In this document: piece by piece, positions 12,963 through 25,242 of the stretch
Position numbering within the stretch: the first letter of the stretch is position 1
Layout of the letters: each line of letters starts with the position of its first letter
Assembly (NCBI GenBank): GCA_000708835.1
Contig: DF237010.1
Span: 191,511-255,510, forward strand
Direction of reading: 5' to 3'
DNA: 64,000 bases
Origin: Klebsormidium nitens
Taxonomy: Eukaryota; Plantae; Klebsormidiophyceae
The notes under the pieces: model-generated
The model's input: only the letters and a program-made list of their open reading frames with translations
Told to the model about the DNA's origin: nothing
Databases searched by the model: none
Made by a program: the position numbers and the translations under genes

Positions 12963-13901
12963 CTGCGCCACAAACGCGACGAGTATGCGTAGAGAGAAGC
13001 GGCGCGGAATCGGCCGGGCTCCCAACGTCAATTTCATGGTAAGGCTGGGATGCTAATGTCGTCGGCCGAATGCGCTTTGTAAGCACTGGACGTCTTAATA
13101 GACCCACAACGGTCTCTGTATGTCGTTCCTAAAACAGTCGCCGGTGCTTAAGTCTATGTAAACCACGTATCGTTGCCGTGCCTAACATCAGCTCCATGTG
13201 ACCTTGAATCGAGTTGATCAGCAGTTTGCAAATGTACACGTGGCGAACCGCTAAGTCCTTTGCTATGCAGGCTCGCACAAGCTACCGTGCGAAACGGATC
13301 CCAAAGAACATGCCTTGGTGGTCCAGGGCCAAGTTATTCCAGAGGCTCCAACACGTAAGCTGCAGCGATTCGGCCTTCACTTTGAGTCCCATGCTTAGAT
13401 TTCCTTGTAGCTCCACACTTCAATTATTGCTTAGTGTCCTGGCCAGTGCCTTCTTCAATCTGATACAAAAGAACGCACTGGCCACGAAAATCTGGCGATT
13501 GCGTGCAACGATATTCCCAGACGATCATCTCCCTTATGTTCTACTGAGAGCGTTTGGAGGTCAGAACGAGGGCACACCATCTCTTTTTCACGTTTTCTGC
13601 TCATGCATCTTACGCATACATGCCTAGTTTGAGACAAGTCTTCGAGTTCGGAGTGTTTGCACATGCCTTTCTCGAGCATCTTCTCCAATTATGCAGGTGT
13701 AAGCAACAGCCGGTTGTGCACGGTTGGCTTAGGTCAGGATCAACACAATACACTAGGAAGCTTTCTAGCCGAAACGGAAATGGCACTGACATCAACCTCA
13801 ATGTACGGACCGTACCGCTCGGGCACCTGGGGTACTCAGACTCCAAGCAGCTATAGTACACAGGAAACAACATGCGACTATCTTAAGGCAACTTTTTAGC
13901 T

Positions 13902-16900
13902 CTACATAGTGGCAAGCGAGCCAGCTCTAGCTATTTTCCGGGGAGGGATGCCGTCCTCCCTAGAAGATGTCCTGCCACTCGGTGTACTTCCCCAACTCAG
14001 TCGGGTCTGCTTATCTCGCCCAAGGCGCTTGTAACCAAGTACCTGAAAAGAAAGGAAATCAACCTTCATATTCATACCCGTCGAGGCGCCGAGGACAATA
14101 AGTATCTTCAAAGGTGGCTGGTTGCATCTTTTCGAATCTGGTCCCAGCTTATTCTGCTACTAGCTACTATACCATTGCATGTGACGCCGACGTATACTGA
14201 AGTATGCACGTTGGCCACTTGCCAGTCGCGCACGCGTCTCAATTCAATGATTATCTACGTTGCGTGTCAGATTGCTCAACGGAGATCGAGGTGCGCGCAC
14301 ATGCCAGCCCCTGTTTACCCGAGTGACATCAGCATCTTGGCTTAGCAATTTGAAACGTTAGTCATACGATCTCTGGCATGCATTGTGAGTTAAAAAGACA
14401 GTACGTCTAGGTAAGTTCTGCACTTGCGGCTGGCTTTGCTTCGGCCGTCTCAAGCCCGGCCCAAAACTGCCTCGAGCTCAGCCTGGCTTACTGAGGCCAT
14501 TCCAGAAGCAAGTTCCGCTCATATTCGCGCCTATATACAGCATAGCTGGCCGCCAACAGTCAATCTTCCAACCACAGGCTGAGGCGCGTTCGTTTTTGAT
14601 AATGTCATTGAGTTTATTGGGAGTTTCACTGCCAGCGTGGCCGCACGCCGGAGCATTTGGATGCCACTACTCCTTGGCGGCCGTTGTTTAATCGCCCTCA
14701 TCTGCAAATGTTTAGCTCGAGACCATGCAGAACAGAGAGTCGAGACGGAGTCCTACCTCGGTCGCCCGCTTGTCTTGAGGCACGTCCATCAGGTGCGGCC
14801 GCGGCGTGCTCAGCCCTCCGTCGCTTTCCGCGCTGTGCGTCCCCTCCCCTTCCGCCGTCCTCCCCCCAGCCGCCTTCCGGGCCGCTTCCGGAACGTACTC
14901 GTACGCCCGGAAGTGCGCGATCGCCTCCTGGAGCTCCGGACGCTCCGTGCGCTCGTCCGAATGAGTGTCCGTAGCGCCCGGGCCGCCAGAGTTCCCACTC
15001 GACCGCGACCGGCCTGGGCCCCTCTTCGCGCTCGGTGTTCCACCCCGGGCGGCAGACTCGACCCGACCGAAGGGCGCGTTCACACTCCGCGCCCTTGGGT
15101 TCGTCTGCGCCTTCGGCCAACCCGGTGTAAAACCCGCAGTTGGCGCGCCATTCCTTTCTCGGGTAGACTGCAGCCCGGTCGAGATACCGAGAGCAGGGCT
15201 CGAAGGAAACCGCTGACGCTTCTGGCCCTGGTTGTCGAGCGGAAACGCACTCGTCTGCGGCCATTCGGGCTTCCTCTTGCGCGCGAGCCAGCTCTCCAGC
15301 CCGTCGCCAGCGCCCCTTGCTCTAGTTGCATCCCGAGGGTCTTCCCATGCGGCCACTGTGGCTGCGCCCGTCGGCGCGCCGGCGCGCGGCCGCGCCTGCT
15401 CAAACCCTCCCCCAAAACCCTCTGCCGCTGGGTCCTCGAACCGGCTGCGCTCTTCAAACGGTCCCACTTGGTCGAAGTCCGTCCGGCCGAGGAACGGAAG
15501 GCCCTCGTACAGGTCCTCCTGCAGAAAAGCTTCCGGGCCGTCCGAGTAGGGCACTCGCCTCTGCTCCCGGCGTCCGTAACCCCTCTCCTCAACGTCCGAG
15601 AACGGCACGTGCATCTGCTGCCGGTGTCCGAAACCCCTTTCCTGGACCGGCTCTTGCTCCGCGATCTCCCTCGCCGACGGCCATTCGGATTCCGGTTCTC
15701 GCGCCGCTTCGATCTCCGCAGCCGTGGGAAACTCGGGGTAAGCCGGAGCGCTGACGTCAGCTTCCATCCGGTAGTCCTCTTGGTACGTCTGAGGACCTTC
15801 TCCTGGGGCCAAGATTCCCGACTGCGGAACCCCTCCGTGCTGCGGGTATCGATCCGGCGGAACCTCCCAGTTGGACCGCCCCGGTTGATGCGCTTCTGCT
15901 GCCCTCCTTTCGTAGCCATACGAGCCCATCTCGTCACGTTCAAACTGGTGAGGAGCGCTCTCATAAGCGGACCCCGCTTCGCATTCCGCTGCTGCTCCAT
16001 AAGGGATTGCTCCTTCGCAGCGCGCCCCCCCCTCTGGATCCCGACCGCAGTGCACCGTGTACTGGAGTGTGAAAAGGCGCAGGCTGCGCACCGGGACGTC
16101 GAACCGCCGCGTCAGCGCGACCTGCTGCTCCTCCGGAAGTTGCGCGAAGTGGGGCGCATTCACACCCGACGCCAGGATGGCGTGCGCGCTTACCGGGTTC
16201 AGGCTGGGAAAGGCCGTGAGAAAAGCCTCCAGGGGCGACGCAGTTTCCGGCATGGGGGGGGGGGTTTCGGGCGGAACGGAAGCGCTCCGTTTGGGCAAGG
16301 TTCGGATGGATCCGATGAGCTTGAGAACGAAGCGGTTGGTCGTGTCGGGGCAGTCTGAGAGGAGGCACTGGAGGTTGATGTCGAGGCCGAGAGCGGCCGC
16401 GTGGAGCGGGGTCAGCTCCTGATAGGTGGCGCGGAGGAAGGCGGGCGGGCCCTCGAAGATCTGCAAAGGGTTTGATGAAATAGCGGGGCAAAGTCAGAAG
16501 ATTAGAGTCACTGCCTTGGAAGCCTGGTTCTGCGACAGCTTCAAGATCACTGCATAACGAACTTACCAAGAGATGCTGAGTAGCAGGACAATAGACGAGG
16601 AGACTGAGATACGAAGTCGCTTGTTGAGCGGGAGTCGAGGCTTCTCTTTGCCTTCGTCATGCAACCTGTATCCTTCAGAAACCAACTCTGCAAGATCTCC
16701 AAAAAGTGTCGGACAAAGAGGAGAGTTGCAGAGTAGAATTACATGCCGGGCAAGAAGACCTTGCTCGATCCTTTTGACAATCCCTCTCACCAGGACGGCC
16801 GTCTTGTAGGCGAAGCTGACCGCCTTCAGGTGACTGTCCACCGCATCCTGGAAGCAGGCCGGCAGGAGCGCCGCGAGCCTGTTCACATCGTCCAGGCACA

Positions 16901-19900
16901 GCGGATCCAGGCCCAGCCGCTCCGGTGTGAATATGGTCAGACACGTGGCGCCGTGGAGGATGAGGTCCGCGGGCAGCGCCATGTCGCGCTCGACGACCTG
17001 TGCGCGCGCGCTCTTCTCCAGCTGAACGACTGACTGGTAAAGGGCGCGTCGCATGCTGATCTCGCTGTCGAGCATGTTGGCCACGATGAGAATGCGCCGG
17101 CCGCGGTCCGGGGGTTTGTTTTGGCTCGGCTGGACGTCCCTAGTGGGGACCTCAGGGATTTGATTGCCGATGTTGGTCGGAAGTGGCTCCGGGCGGCTGG
17201 TTGCGGGGAAGGCGGAGGGCTGGGGCTTGGAAACAGGAGCTGGCGGGTTTGCCTGCGAAGAGAGAGGTGCATTCAGATTGTCGGCTCCATCTCCCGCAGA
17301 GAGCCTCGTAGAATGGCACGACAACGCAGAGTAAGATCTGGCGACATCTTGAAATCAAAGTCTTCAGTCGGGTAGATTGGGATAGTGCAAAGAAGAGGAC
17401 TTGATCACTTCTGAAGCAGGTCTTGAGGACCACGGGAGTGCAGCTGCGTCGTAATCGCAGTCGTCAAGTCCCTTACAACTGTTTTTCTCCAAGTTTGACC
17501 AACAAAGATAGAAGAGTCTGCAGAAAGTGAGGATCTTGCATGGGAGACTGCTTCTGCTTCACGTTACAAAGGAGATTCTCTATGGAACTCGCATTCATGC
17601 TTACCTGGGCCTCTCCCCGAGACGGTACAGAAGGGACTCCAACACCCTCTTTCAATACCCTCATCTCCTCCACATGGCCGCGGACCCCGATCTTGTGGCG
17701 AGGGCACGTGGCTTGAGCCAGAAGCTCTTCAACCTGGTTCAGATCCGTGTCCGAGTTGCTGAGCCTTCCGTCCGAGAACTGGACGATCAAACCGAAGTCG
17801 TTCAAGGGGAAGGAGGCTTTGAGATACCTGTAGGAAAATGTCTATAACTAGCATGGGGGAGCAGTATCCTGCAATATTTGAACGTTCTGCACTCGCTGGA
17901 GTGTTGAAATTGCTGATGCTGATGGCTCGCAGCATTCGTCAGAGGAAAATGTGGGCTTAAGTCTCTCCTCCCGAGAGCGGAGAAGATAGCTGAGTCGTCA
18001 AGACACAAGGCTAAAAATGCTCTTCCTTTGTTTGAATATCTATGTAGCCTCTCTGTGCAACTAAAGCAATGCTAGGGAAAGACGGTACTTACCCGTATGA
18101 TACGAGAAGACAATTGGAAACCGTCAGGGCCTCTTCGACTCCTTGCTTAAGCTTCTGTTGGGCTTCGGCCCCTACGGAAGTCAGAGCTTTGAGAATGCTT
18201 TCGTCTCGGTCGAGCTGGAAGGGCCGGAGTCCCGCCCCGACAAGCTCGTTGTACATGCTGATGAATGCTCGCCTGCGGAAGACGCAGACGTCATTGTCGA
18301 ATCGATTCGACTTAATTCCAAACCATCCTCCCTTCTGCGATCCAAAAAGCGCAGCTCCTTTTGGGATGGTTCCCTTCATGCTGCTACACTGATGGCCTAT
18401 AGCAATTTCCTCCCCGTTGGGCTGGTTTTATTGATATTTCGACGAGGGTTAAGCTTAAAGCAAGCCATTTCATCATTCTCTCACAACATCGAACGAAAAA
18501 CAGTACCCACCTGTCCGCAAAAATTAGTATCTTTCTTTCCTGCTCGTCCCGCCGCCCACCAGAGGTAACTGCCGCCTTCAGGAGGTCACGCAGGCAAGCG
18601 AGCTTGGGCGTGTCGATCGCCAGGCCTGCCTCGACCCGGCCGTACGCGGTCTCCAGGGCGCTCTTGCTTTTCAACACAGCCATGGACATAAAGGGCATCG
18701 TCTGCAGGCTATGCTCCAAGTAGAGGAAGGCCACCTGCACCAGCGGAGGAAAGTGTCAACAGGCTGCCACATTTGAGGAACAGGGAAGTCAATCACCGGG
18801 TCTGATAACGGAAGTATCAAAGCCGTGCAAGAGGCATAACACTCGTTGACTATCTTTCTAACGTCGAAAACTAGAGTCAGAAAGCACCACAACTTATGCG
18901 ACAGTCGAGCCAAGGGTAGCCCAGAGGCTTTACATTTCAGCTGCCGATACCACGGAAAGGAAGCTGCTCTACATCAGAACCTTCAAGTCAAGCAGAAGAT
19001 TCACCATCGGCTGTTGAAGATAGATCAAGGAGCCACGCAAGCAGAAAACCTAGAATCAGTACCTACCCGCACTCCGTAATCCAGCAGGTTCGACGCCGTC
19101 TGCCGGAGCGTCCACACAGTCGCGCACAGCCTTAAGCTCTGCTGATGGACGTCCCCCGTCTCCTTTTCCGAAGCAGCCGCTCTCTTTACCAGTGCCATCA
19201 ACTCCCGGTTCCCCGCAGCGTCTACGCCAAATCCTGGCACTTTCTCCTTTAGCCTGCTCTTCTCTCTGACCAAGATCGCGCTGTAGTCAGATCTTAGCGC
19301 CGCAAGTAGGGCTTCGTGATCCTCTGGAAGGTCTACTGTGTGAACTTCTACGGCGGGCGCGCTCGGAGCTTGAACAGCTTTTCCATTCTCAGACGCTTCT
19401 CGGCTTCCCAGGTCTTTCTCCGTGGCACCTCTGCGCTTCTTGCTCGCGGGCTCCTGTTCTGCGGCAGCAGGAGCGCGCGCGCGCACCGTTCCTTTCCTAG
19501 CTTGCATGAAGAAGGACAGGTCCTCGGTCATTGCGCCGGCAGTCTTGCTGACGAAAGCGGACCGCTGCCTGACGCTGCCCTCCGAGGCTCTCGCTGCTGC
19601 AGAGCTCTCTCTTTGGAAGACCACTTCTCCCTCAAGTGCCTCTTCCTCAACTGGTCTTTTCCCCCGGGAGCTCTCTGACGTCTCTCCTTCGTCGGGTTCA
19701 GGAGCAGCGAGAAAAGCAAGCAGGACGGAGGCCTTGTTCGCTGAAGGCTGCTGAGGCTCTGGAGGAACAGGGGCAGGCTCAAGCTCAGCTTTCATCTTCT
19801 TTTTGAACCGGAAGCAGCTTGCCTGGTTGCACGCCCCCGATTGGGAGAGGTGCCAATCGAGATAGAGACTGTCGCCACCTAGACTGCGCGGTCGAGCGTG

Positions 19901-21687
19901 CGAGGAAGAGAAGATCTGAGTGGCCGTCTCTGCTGCGGGGCCCTGGCACGGCAAGTACGGAACTGGCAGCATGTTGAAGTTGAAGGAGTCCATTCTCAGC
20001 TCGGGGTGTGCCACCAGGCGATGGAACTCGTTTTCAATGGACTCAGCCGTCGGCTCTTCCAAGGCTCCGTTTGCTTCGTCCTCTGAAACCACAGCGTTGA
20101 GCTTTGTGCAGACGAGGATCGCCTTTTTAGCAACGTTGGAAGGGAGGCCCTTAAAGAACTCGAGCGGATGGATTAGTGCTGGCTCTGCCAAGGCCTCAAG
20201 CGAAGGCTGCTTTGAACCCTGTTCCCTCGGTTGCACGCCATCGCTCCTTTCTGCAAGGACCTCTTCCCAGCAAAGAACGGGTTCCGCCAAACCCGTCTCC
20301 TCCTCTTCTAAAACCCGCTTTTCCACAAACGCAGACCACGAGCTCTTATCCGATTCGGATGCATTTGAGCAGTCGGGAGTGTCAATGCTCTGATCTGCCA
20401 GCTGGGAAGCGAAGTCTTCAAACGGTTTCGTCAGGAAACCAAGCCCTGCGTTTCGCATTCTGCTGCCTTCACCCAGAGCAACATCAGGAAGCTCCTGAGG
20501 TTCAAATTCCCAGACCGTCGCTTCTGTGCTTCGGCATCCGGAGTCGTCTGCATTGACTGAAGAGCTCTTCGTTGTTGGACACTTGGATTTCTTCTCCTCT
20601 GCTTCCAGCATGCTGATGATCAAAGGGCAAGACGCCGCTGTATCAGGATTGGAAATCTCAAGCGGCTCTTGGAGATAACCAGGGTCCAGACCTACTTTCT
20701 CCTGCAGACGAATAAATGAGTTCACTCGGAGCCACTCACCATGCATAAAGCCTCAAGCATGAGCAAATGCACGATGATCCACTCGAGGAAGGTAAAGGAA
20801 CAGGCGCATGATCCACGTTCTGAGGCTTTCTTTGAAGACTCCAGAATGTAAATGGTGCTATCATGCAGAGTCCTTGCTGCAGCTTTTGAAACACAGTTGA
20901 ACAGTATGAATCATTTCAAGCCTTACCCGTAATCTCCGTAATACAGGGACCTCTTCGTCGATCTCAACCTCTTGAGATAACTTTATAAGGCAGCATGGGC
21001 TCGAGCCTCGATGCTGTCCCTGGAAAGGAAAATGAGGGACTTTCAACAGATTTGTCTAAGCTTATGCTGTGAGATGATCTGAGATGACAAATATGGAAAA
21101 ACATTCAATATTGTTTTTTGCTCAAGACTGTGGCAGTCATCGTGGATTGAGTTTTCTAGAAAACCTACCTGCAGGTCGCTTTGGTCGAAAAACTCGCTTT
21201 CTTCGAGTTTCTGTATCGGATCAGCTTCGAAGACCTCTGGATCTGGATCCTCCAAGGTCCTGAAAGTGGACCAGAAAGAATGCTGGCTCTCCATGTTAGA
21301 GACCCTACCCTCCTGAACTGGGAAAGGCGGAAAGCCGGCGTCACACGCTGCTGTTTGTGAAGAGAGGTGCGAATCCCTCGAAGATGCAACTGGAGATGAT
21401 TTGCCCAGGATGCTTCCTCCATCCTCAATCAAGATCCTCTCAAAGCTCTCTGCAAGAGCATTCGCTGTCTCCCGTTCGTTTGCAGCTGGATGGTCTGTGA
21501 GATGCCATCCGCTGACTTGCAGCAGATCGTCGCAGGACGAGATGATTGCAGGTGTAACCTTCTTCTCAGGATCTTCTGGCCTGCATGGAGCTACTCTTGG
21601 AACCGGGAGCAGATACGATATGTGTTGTGCTCGCTCTTTCGCTGCTTGTATCGCAAAGAAATCTGTCCCATAAGAACGGAGACGCAT
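13902..21687 (-). CDS. SHOC1: SHORTAGE IN CHIASMATA 1 (SHOC1/ZIP2, XPF-like meiotic crossover protein), multi-exon
   Basis: N-terminus MRLRSYGTDFF..HISYLLPVP (21687) resembles plant SHOC1 MRTRFLNIDYF..LPAP. Large coding exons lie in ORFs 19025-20746, 18384-18740, 17473-17805, 16563-17324 and 14712-16466. XPF/HhH-like region: IFEGPPAFL..LHAAALGLDINLQCLLS..ETASPLEAFLTAFPSLNPVSAHAILASG..FDVPVRSLRLF. Probable last exon 14042-13902 (VLGYKRLGRDKQTRLSW, like the plant QTKLVW terminal motif) joins in phase to donor 14756. Small internal exons around 20750-21050 and 17850-18380 were not fully resolved. Confidence 0.85.
15541..15648 (-). repeat. 54-bp (18-aa) imperfect tandem duplication inside the SHOC1 low-complexity C-terminal exon
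   Basis: tccgagtagggcactcgcctctgctcccggcgtccgtaacccctctcc versus tccgagaacggcacgtgcatctgctgccggtgtccgaaacccctttcc. Encodes ERGFGHRQQMHVPFSD / ERGYGRREQRRVPYSD. Confidence 0.6.
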
Positions 21688-22508
21688 GGTGCCTTTTGAC
21701 CCGTGATATAGCAGCTCTGCTTTGTATTCTGATTAAGATACTACAAGAGGACACTTTGTCAATCTCGTTGAGGGGATCGCATGTCGTTCAGGCCACTTCA
21801 TCAGCAAGTTCAACGCTTCTTTGCCCATCATCAAGCCATGTTGATGAAGCCCCTTGCCACCTGAAGCTAGGGAGATCCAAAAGTTGGCTCTTCTCAGCTG
21901 GCGCCAGCGCCCTCATCTGGAATTGGGGCAGTCAAGCATGTATTTCTGCAATTCTTCCGTCTCTGCTACATAGCTGAGGCTCAGATGATTGCCACACTGT
22001 TCGTCGCATGCGGCCGCGCGTTCGGTCAGCTTGCACCGCTTTTGCCAGTGTAGCGGAGGGTTTTGTCAGGGTTTTGCCTATCCTCCGACGAGCATTTTGA
22101 GGGTTCTAGGTTGGAAAGGTCTCCCGCATCTAGTTTCCTGTGAAATGTGTAGGCTACACTGTAGAAAAGTCTGAAAACGCTAGCTAGAGCCACGCGCAGA
22201 AAGGAGGGGCTATCAAGGGCGGAAAGGAGGCAGCCCGGAAAGCCAAGGTCACCAGCAAATTGATCGAGCCAATCGGCCAGCACCAGACATCACTGCCTTT
22301 GCTTAAAAGTGATAAATTGAGCTTCTCGGGAGCTGACGTTACTGACTCAGAGACTTTGGCGTGCTACTTGACAGTGCGTCTTCTGTAGTTATTGATTCGA
22401 GCGAGGATTTGATTCAGGACAATCTTGAGAAATCAAGGATCTGAGGGGAAATCCTCCCCCAACAATTGAGCAGGCCACACATTGCTTCACTCAATTATCT
22501 AGGCAGCA

Positions 22509-24068
22509 ATGTCAGGTGGAGGAGCGAGGCTGGTCGTGGTGCCAACGGTGACTGTTCTGGCAGTCATCAAGGCTCGTCTTATAGGTGCCACAAAAGGTCA
22601 TCAGCTTCTGAAAAAGAAGAGCGATGCGCTCACTATGCAATTCAGGCAGATCCTGAAGAGAATTGTGGAGACAAAGGAGATGATGGGAGAGACAATGAAG
22701 CAAGCGGCGTTTGCACTCACGGAAGCCAAGTATGCAGCGGGGGATAACATCAAGCATACAGTCTTTGAGAATGTGTCATCAGCCACCATAAAGGTATGCG
22801 CAAATGATCCAAATGATGTCTTCCTGATTGCGAATTTCAAGCTCGTTGCATCGTGCATTTGCCATGATCCTGATGTTAATGATCGCCCCAGAATGAGTGC
22901 TCTGTCATCTGTGCTGTACGCTCTTCTTTTCGTGGGCCTTTCAAGCTTAGGAGATGAGCATTAAAGCTGTACTCTCATGTCTTACTAGCTTTTGATTCAA
23001 AATTCTGACTCCCAACTCTTCTATCAACCTCACTGGTGATGCTAAGTCCACTTCTAACTTTATCACACTGCTGCCTTGAACAGGTTAGGTCGAAGCAGGA
23101 TAATGTGGCCGGGGTCAAGCTCCCAAAGTTCCAGCATTACACGGAAGCGGGTGAAACGAAGAATGCTTTGACTGGACTCGCAAGGGGAGGGCAGCAAATA
23201 CAGCTTTGCAAATCTGCTTACGTAAAGGTAGGCAACCCAATGTCTCTTACTTGTGGAGGATGTGGAGGAGCTGCAAAGCTTGGCTTCCAGTTTGACCTCT
23301 TTCTCCATCAATGCATGTGCCAAACAAAACTCCTGCTTTTAGTAGAGCCTTTGACTCTGCTTACTCAGATCGCCTGTGAACTTTGATTCTAAGATGGTCT
23401 TGAAAAGAGTGGATCTCATACACTGCAGGGAATGGAACTGAATCTATGCAACTTCTCATACTGTTCCGAAATCAGACCAAGTCTTCCCCCTCTCACTACA
23501 TTCTAGCTTTGATTGGTGATCGCTGCTTGCAGGCTGTGGAATTGCTCGTAGAGCTGGCCTCCTTGCAAACATCGTTCCTCACGCTTGACGAGGCCATCAA
23601 GACCACGAACCGGCGTGTAAATGCACTGGAGAATGTTGTGAAGCCGAAACTGGAGAACACTATCTCATACATCAAGGGTGAGCTGGACGAGCTGGAGAGA
23701 GAGGAGTTCTTCCGTCTCAAGAAGGTGCAAGCGAACAAGAAGAAGGTCGCTGACAGGGAGCTCAAGGTATGTGCTAACCCTGTCTCCTTATGTAGTTGAC
23801 AGTTGAAGGTTGAGAAGTGGTAGCATTGAACGAGTATACTTGGCGCCTCAGAAAACGTTGATCCTTTTTTGAGATATTCATAGGAGGTTTTGCATGAGCT
23901 ACTTGATCGGCAGGCCTCCGTTGGAGTTATTCTGATTTTATTTCTTTTTGTTTTCTCCAGGAAAAGCTTGATGCTGCTGGGCGGGTCGCTGACAAACTGG
24001 CAGCCCGTGCTGAGGAAGTCGTAAGTATGTTGACAGCAAATGGCAAGGACGAGGACGTCATTTTCTGA
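22509..24068 (+). CDS. VHA-D: V-type proton ATPase subunit D, about 256 aa, 4 exons
   Basis: Exons 22509-22793, 23084-23227, 23533-23766, 23961-24068 are in frame. Motifs: VVPTVTVLAVIKARLIGATKGHQLLKKKSDALT, DNVAGVKLPKF, LVELASLQTSFLTLDEAIKTTNRRVNALENVVKPKLENTISYIKGELDELEREEFFRLKKVQ, C-terminal KDEDVIF. Confidence 0.97.
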
Positions 24069-25242
24069 TTGTTTTACCTCCCGGTCGTCATGTACATAGC
24101 CGATTTAGAACCTTGTGTTCAAGCACGCCCATGAGGTGTATAGCTTACAGGTATAATCAGCAATGATCAGGTTTCTCAACTTTTTTAGTTCCGCCATAAG
24201 CTAGGCTCAGAAAAAGATTCAGATTTCCGTCATAAGCCGTACAGAAGAATGGAGTGAACTGGTGAACAAAGGCGGCAATATGCATTGCAGCTATTGTCCG
24301 GTTCTCAAAGTTGCAAGCTGAACGGATCGAATGCAAGAAGCTCTTGGCACGCCCTCAAGAAGTGCCACCCAATGTTGATGAGTGATGATTTTGCCACGTC
24401 TCCGGGGTGGACGGTATGAATCTCATGCAACTGCAATGCAGATCTAGAGAGCTAGATTGCTGATATTTTTGCACTTTCAATAACATGTTATGATTATAAG
24501 TTGGATGAGAATTGATGTATACATGTTATAGCTCTGGCAATCGACTGGCTCTGCGATCTGGGTGCATAGTCGGATGTCGTTTGCACGGTACCAGGTCCTG
24601 GTCACCATGTGTCATTGCATGATAAGCAGCTTCGATGCCTTGTTAGCTAGTGCAGTGCAGTGCTAACACTTGAGTGCACGCGGTCAGTATGGAACGGCGC
24701 GTCTGATGCATGCATGCATTAACTTGAGTCACTAGATTTCCGAGGCCGCTTGCGCATTAATACGAACGGCTACTCTAGGCGCGGGCCTCAGCCATGCATC
24801 ATGGCATGTCACTTGGATGCATGCGGCGTTTCAATGCAAGAATATGGGCCCACTGAGCGTCAGGCTCAGAATATAATCGCCGGCAATGACTCCATGGGTG
24901 CGACGTACAGGCCGGGCACTGACCTGCCTGTCTCACAAGATCAAAGCTTTTGTTGCCACTGGCACTGATGCGAAGCCTGTCTGTGGCACTGCCGTAATGA
25001 TGGCGGTAGACGCATCCTCCACGAACTTTGGAAGGTAAAGACGACAGTAACTTCTTGGGGTGAGGTGCAAGCCCAATCTGATGCAAGCCATGAGTTCACG
25101 GGAATCATGAGATGTCGGAGGATGAGGTCTCAGCTTAATGTTAGCTAAAGGTTTTCCTGCCTGCATAATCTCCACTAGAATCAAGTTGTCACCACTAACT
25201 CATCCGTTTCGGCGGCTCCAGGGCAGGGCGTCGACTCTCAAC

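Noticed and set aside
14637-16358. 573-aa plus-strand ORF, and other long Arg/Pro-rich ORFs over SHOC1, TOP1 and TOR1
   Set aside because: Antisense or alternate-frame shadows of GC-rich coding exons; no recognisable motifs.
8248-21687. FUZ and SHOC1 adjacency as a flagellum/sex gene cluster
   Set aside because: They are tail-to-tail with separate promoters, each paired with a housekeeping gene. There is no sequence evidence of co-regulation.
23420-23560. Possible degenerate acceptor/exon-head copy about 104 bp upstream of VHA-D exon 3
   Set aside because: Only about 13 of 29 identities, not distinguishable from chance by eye.
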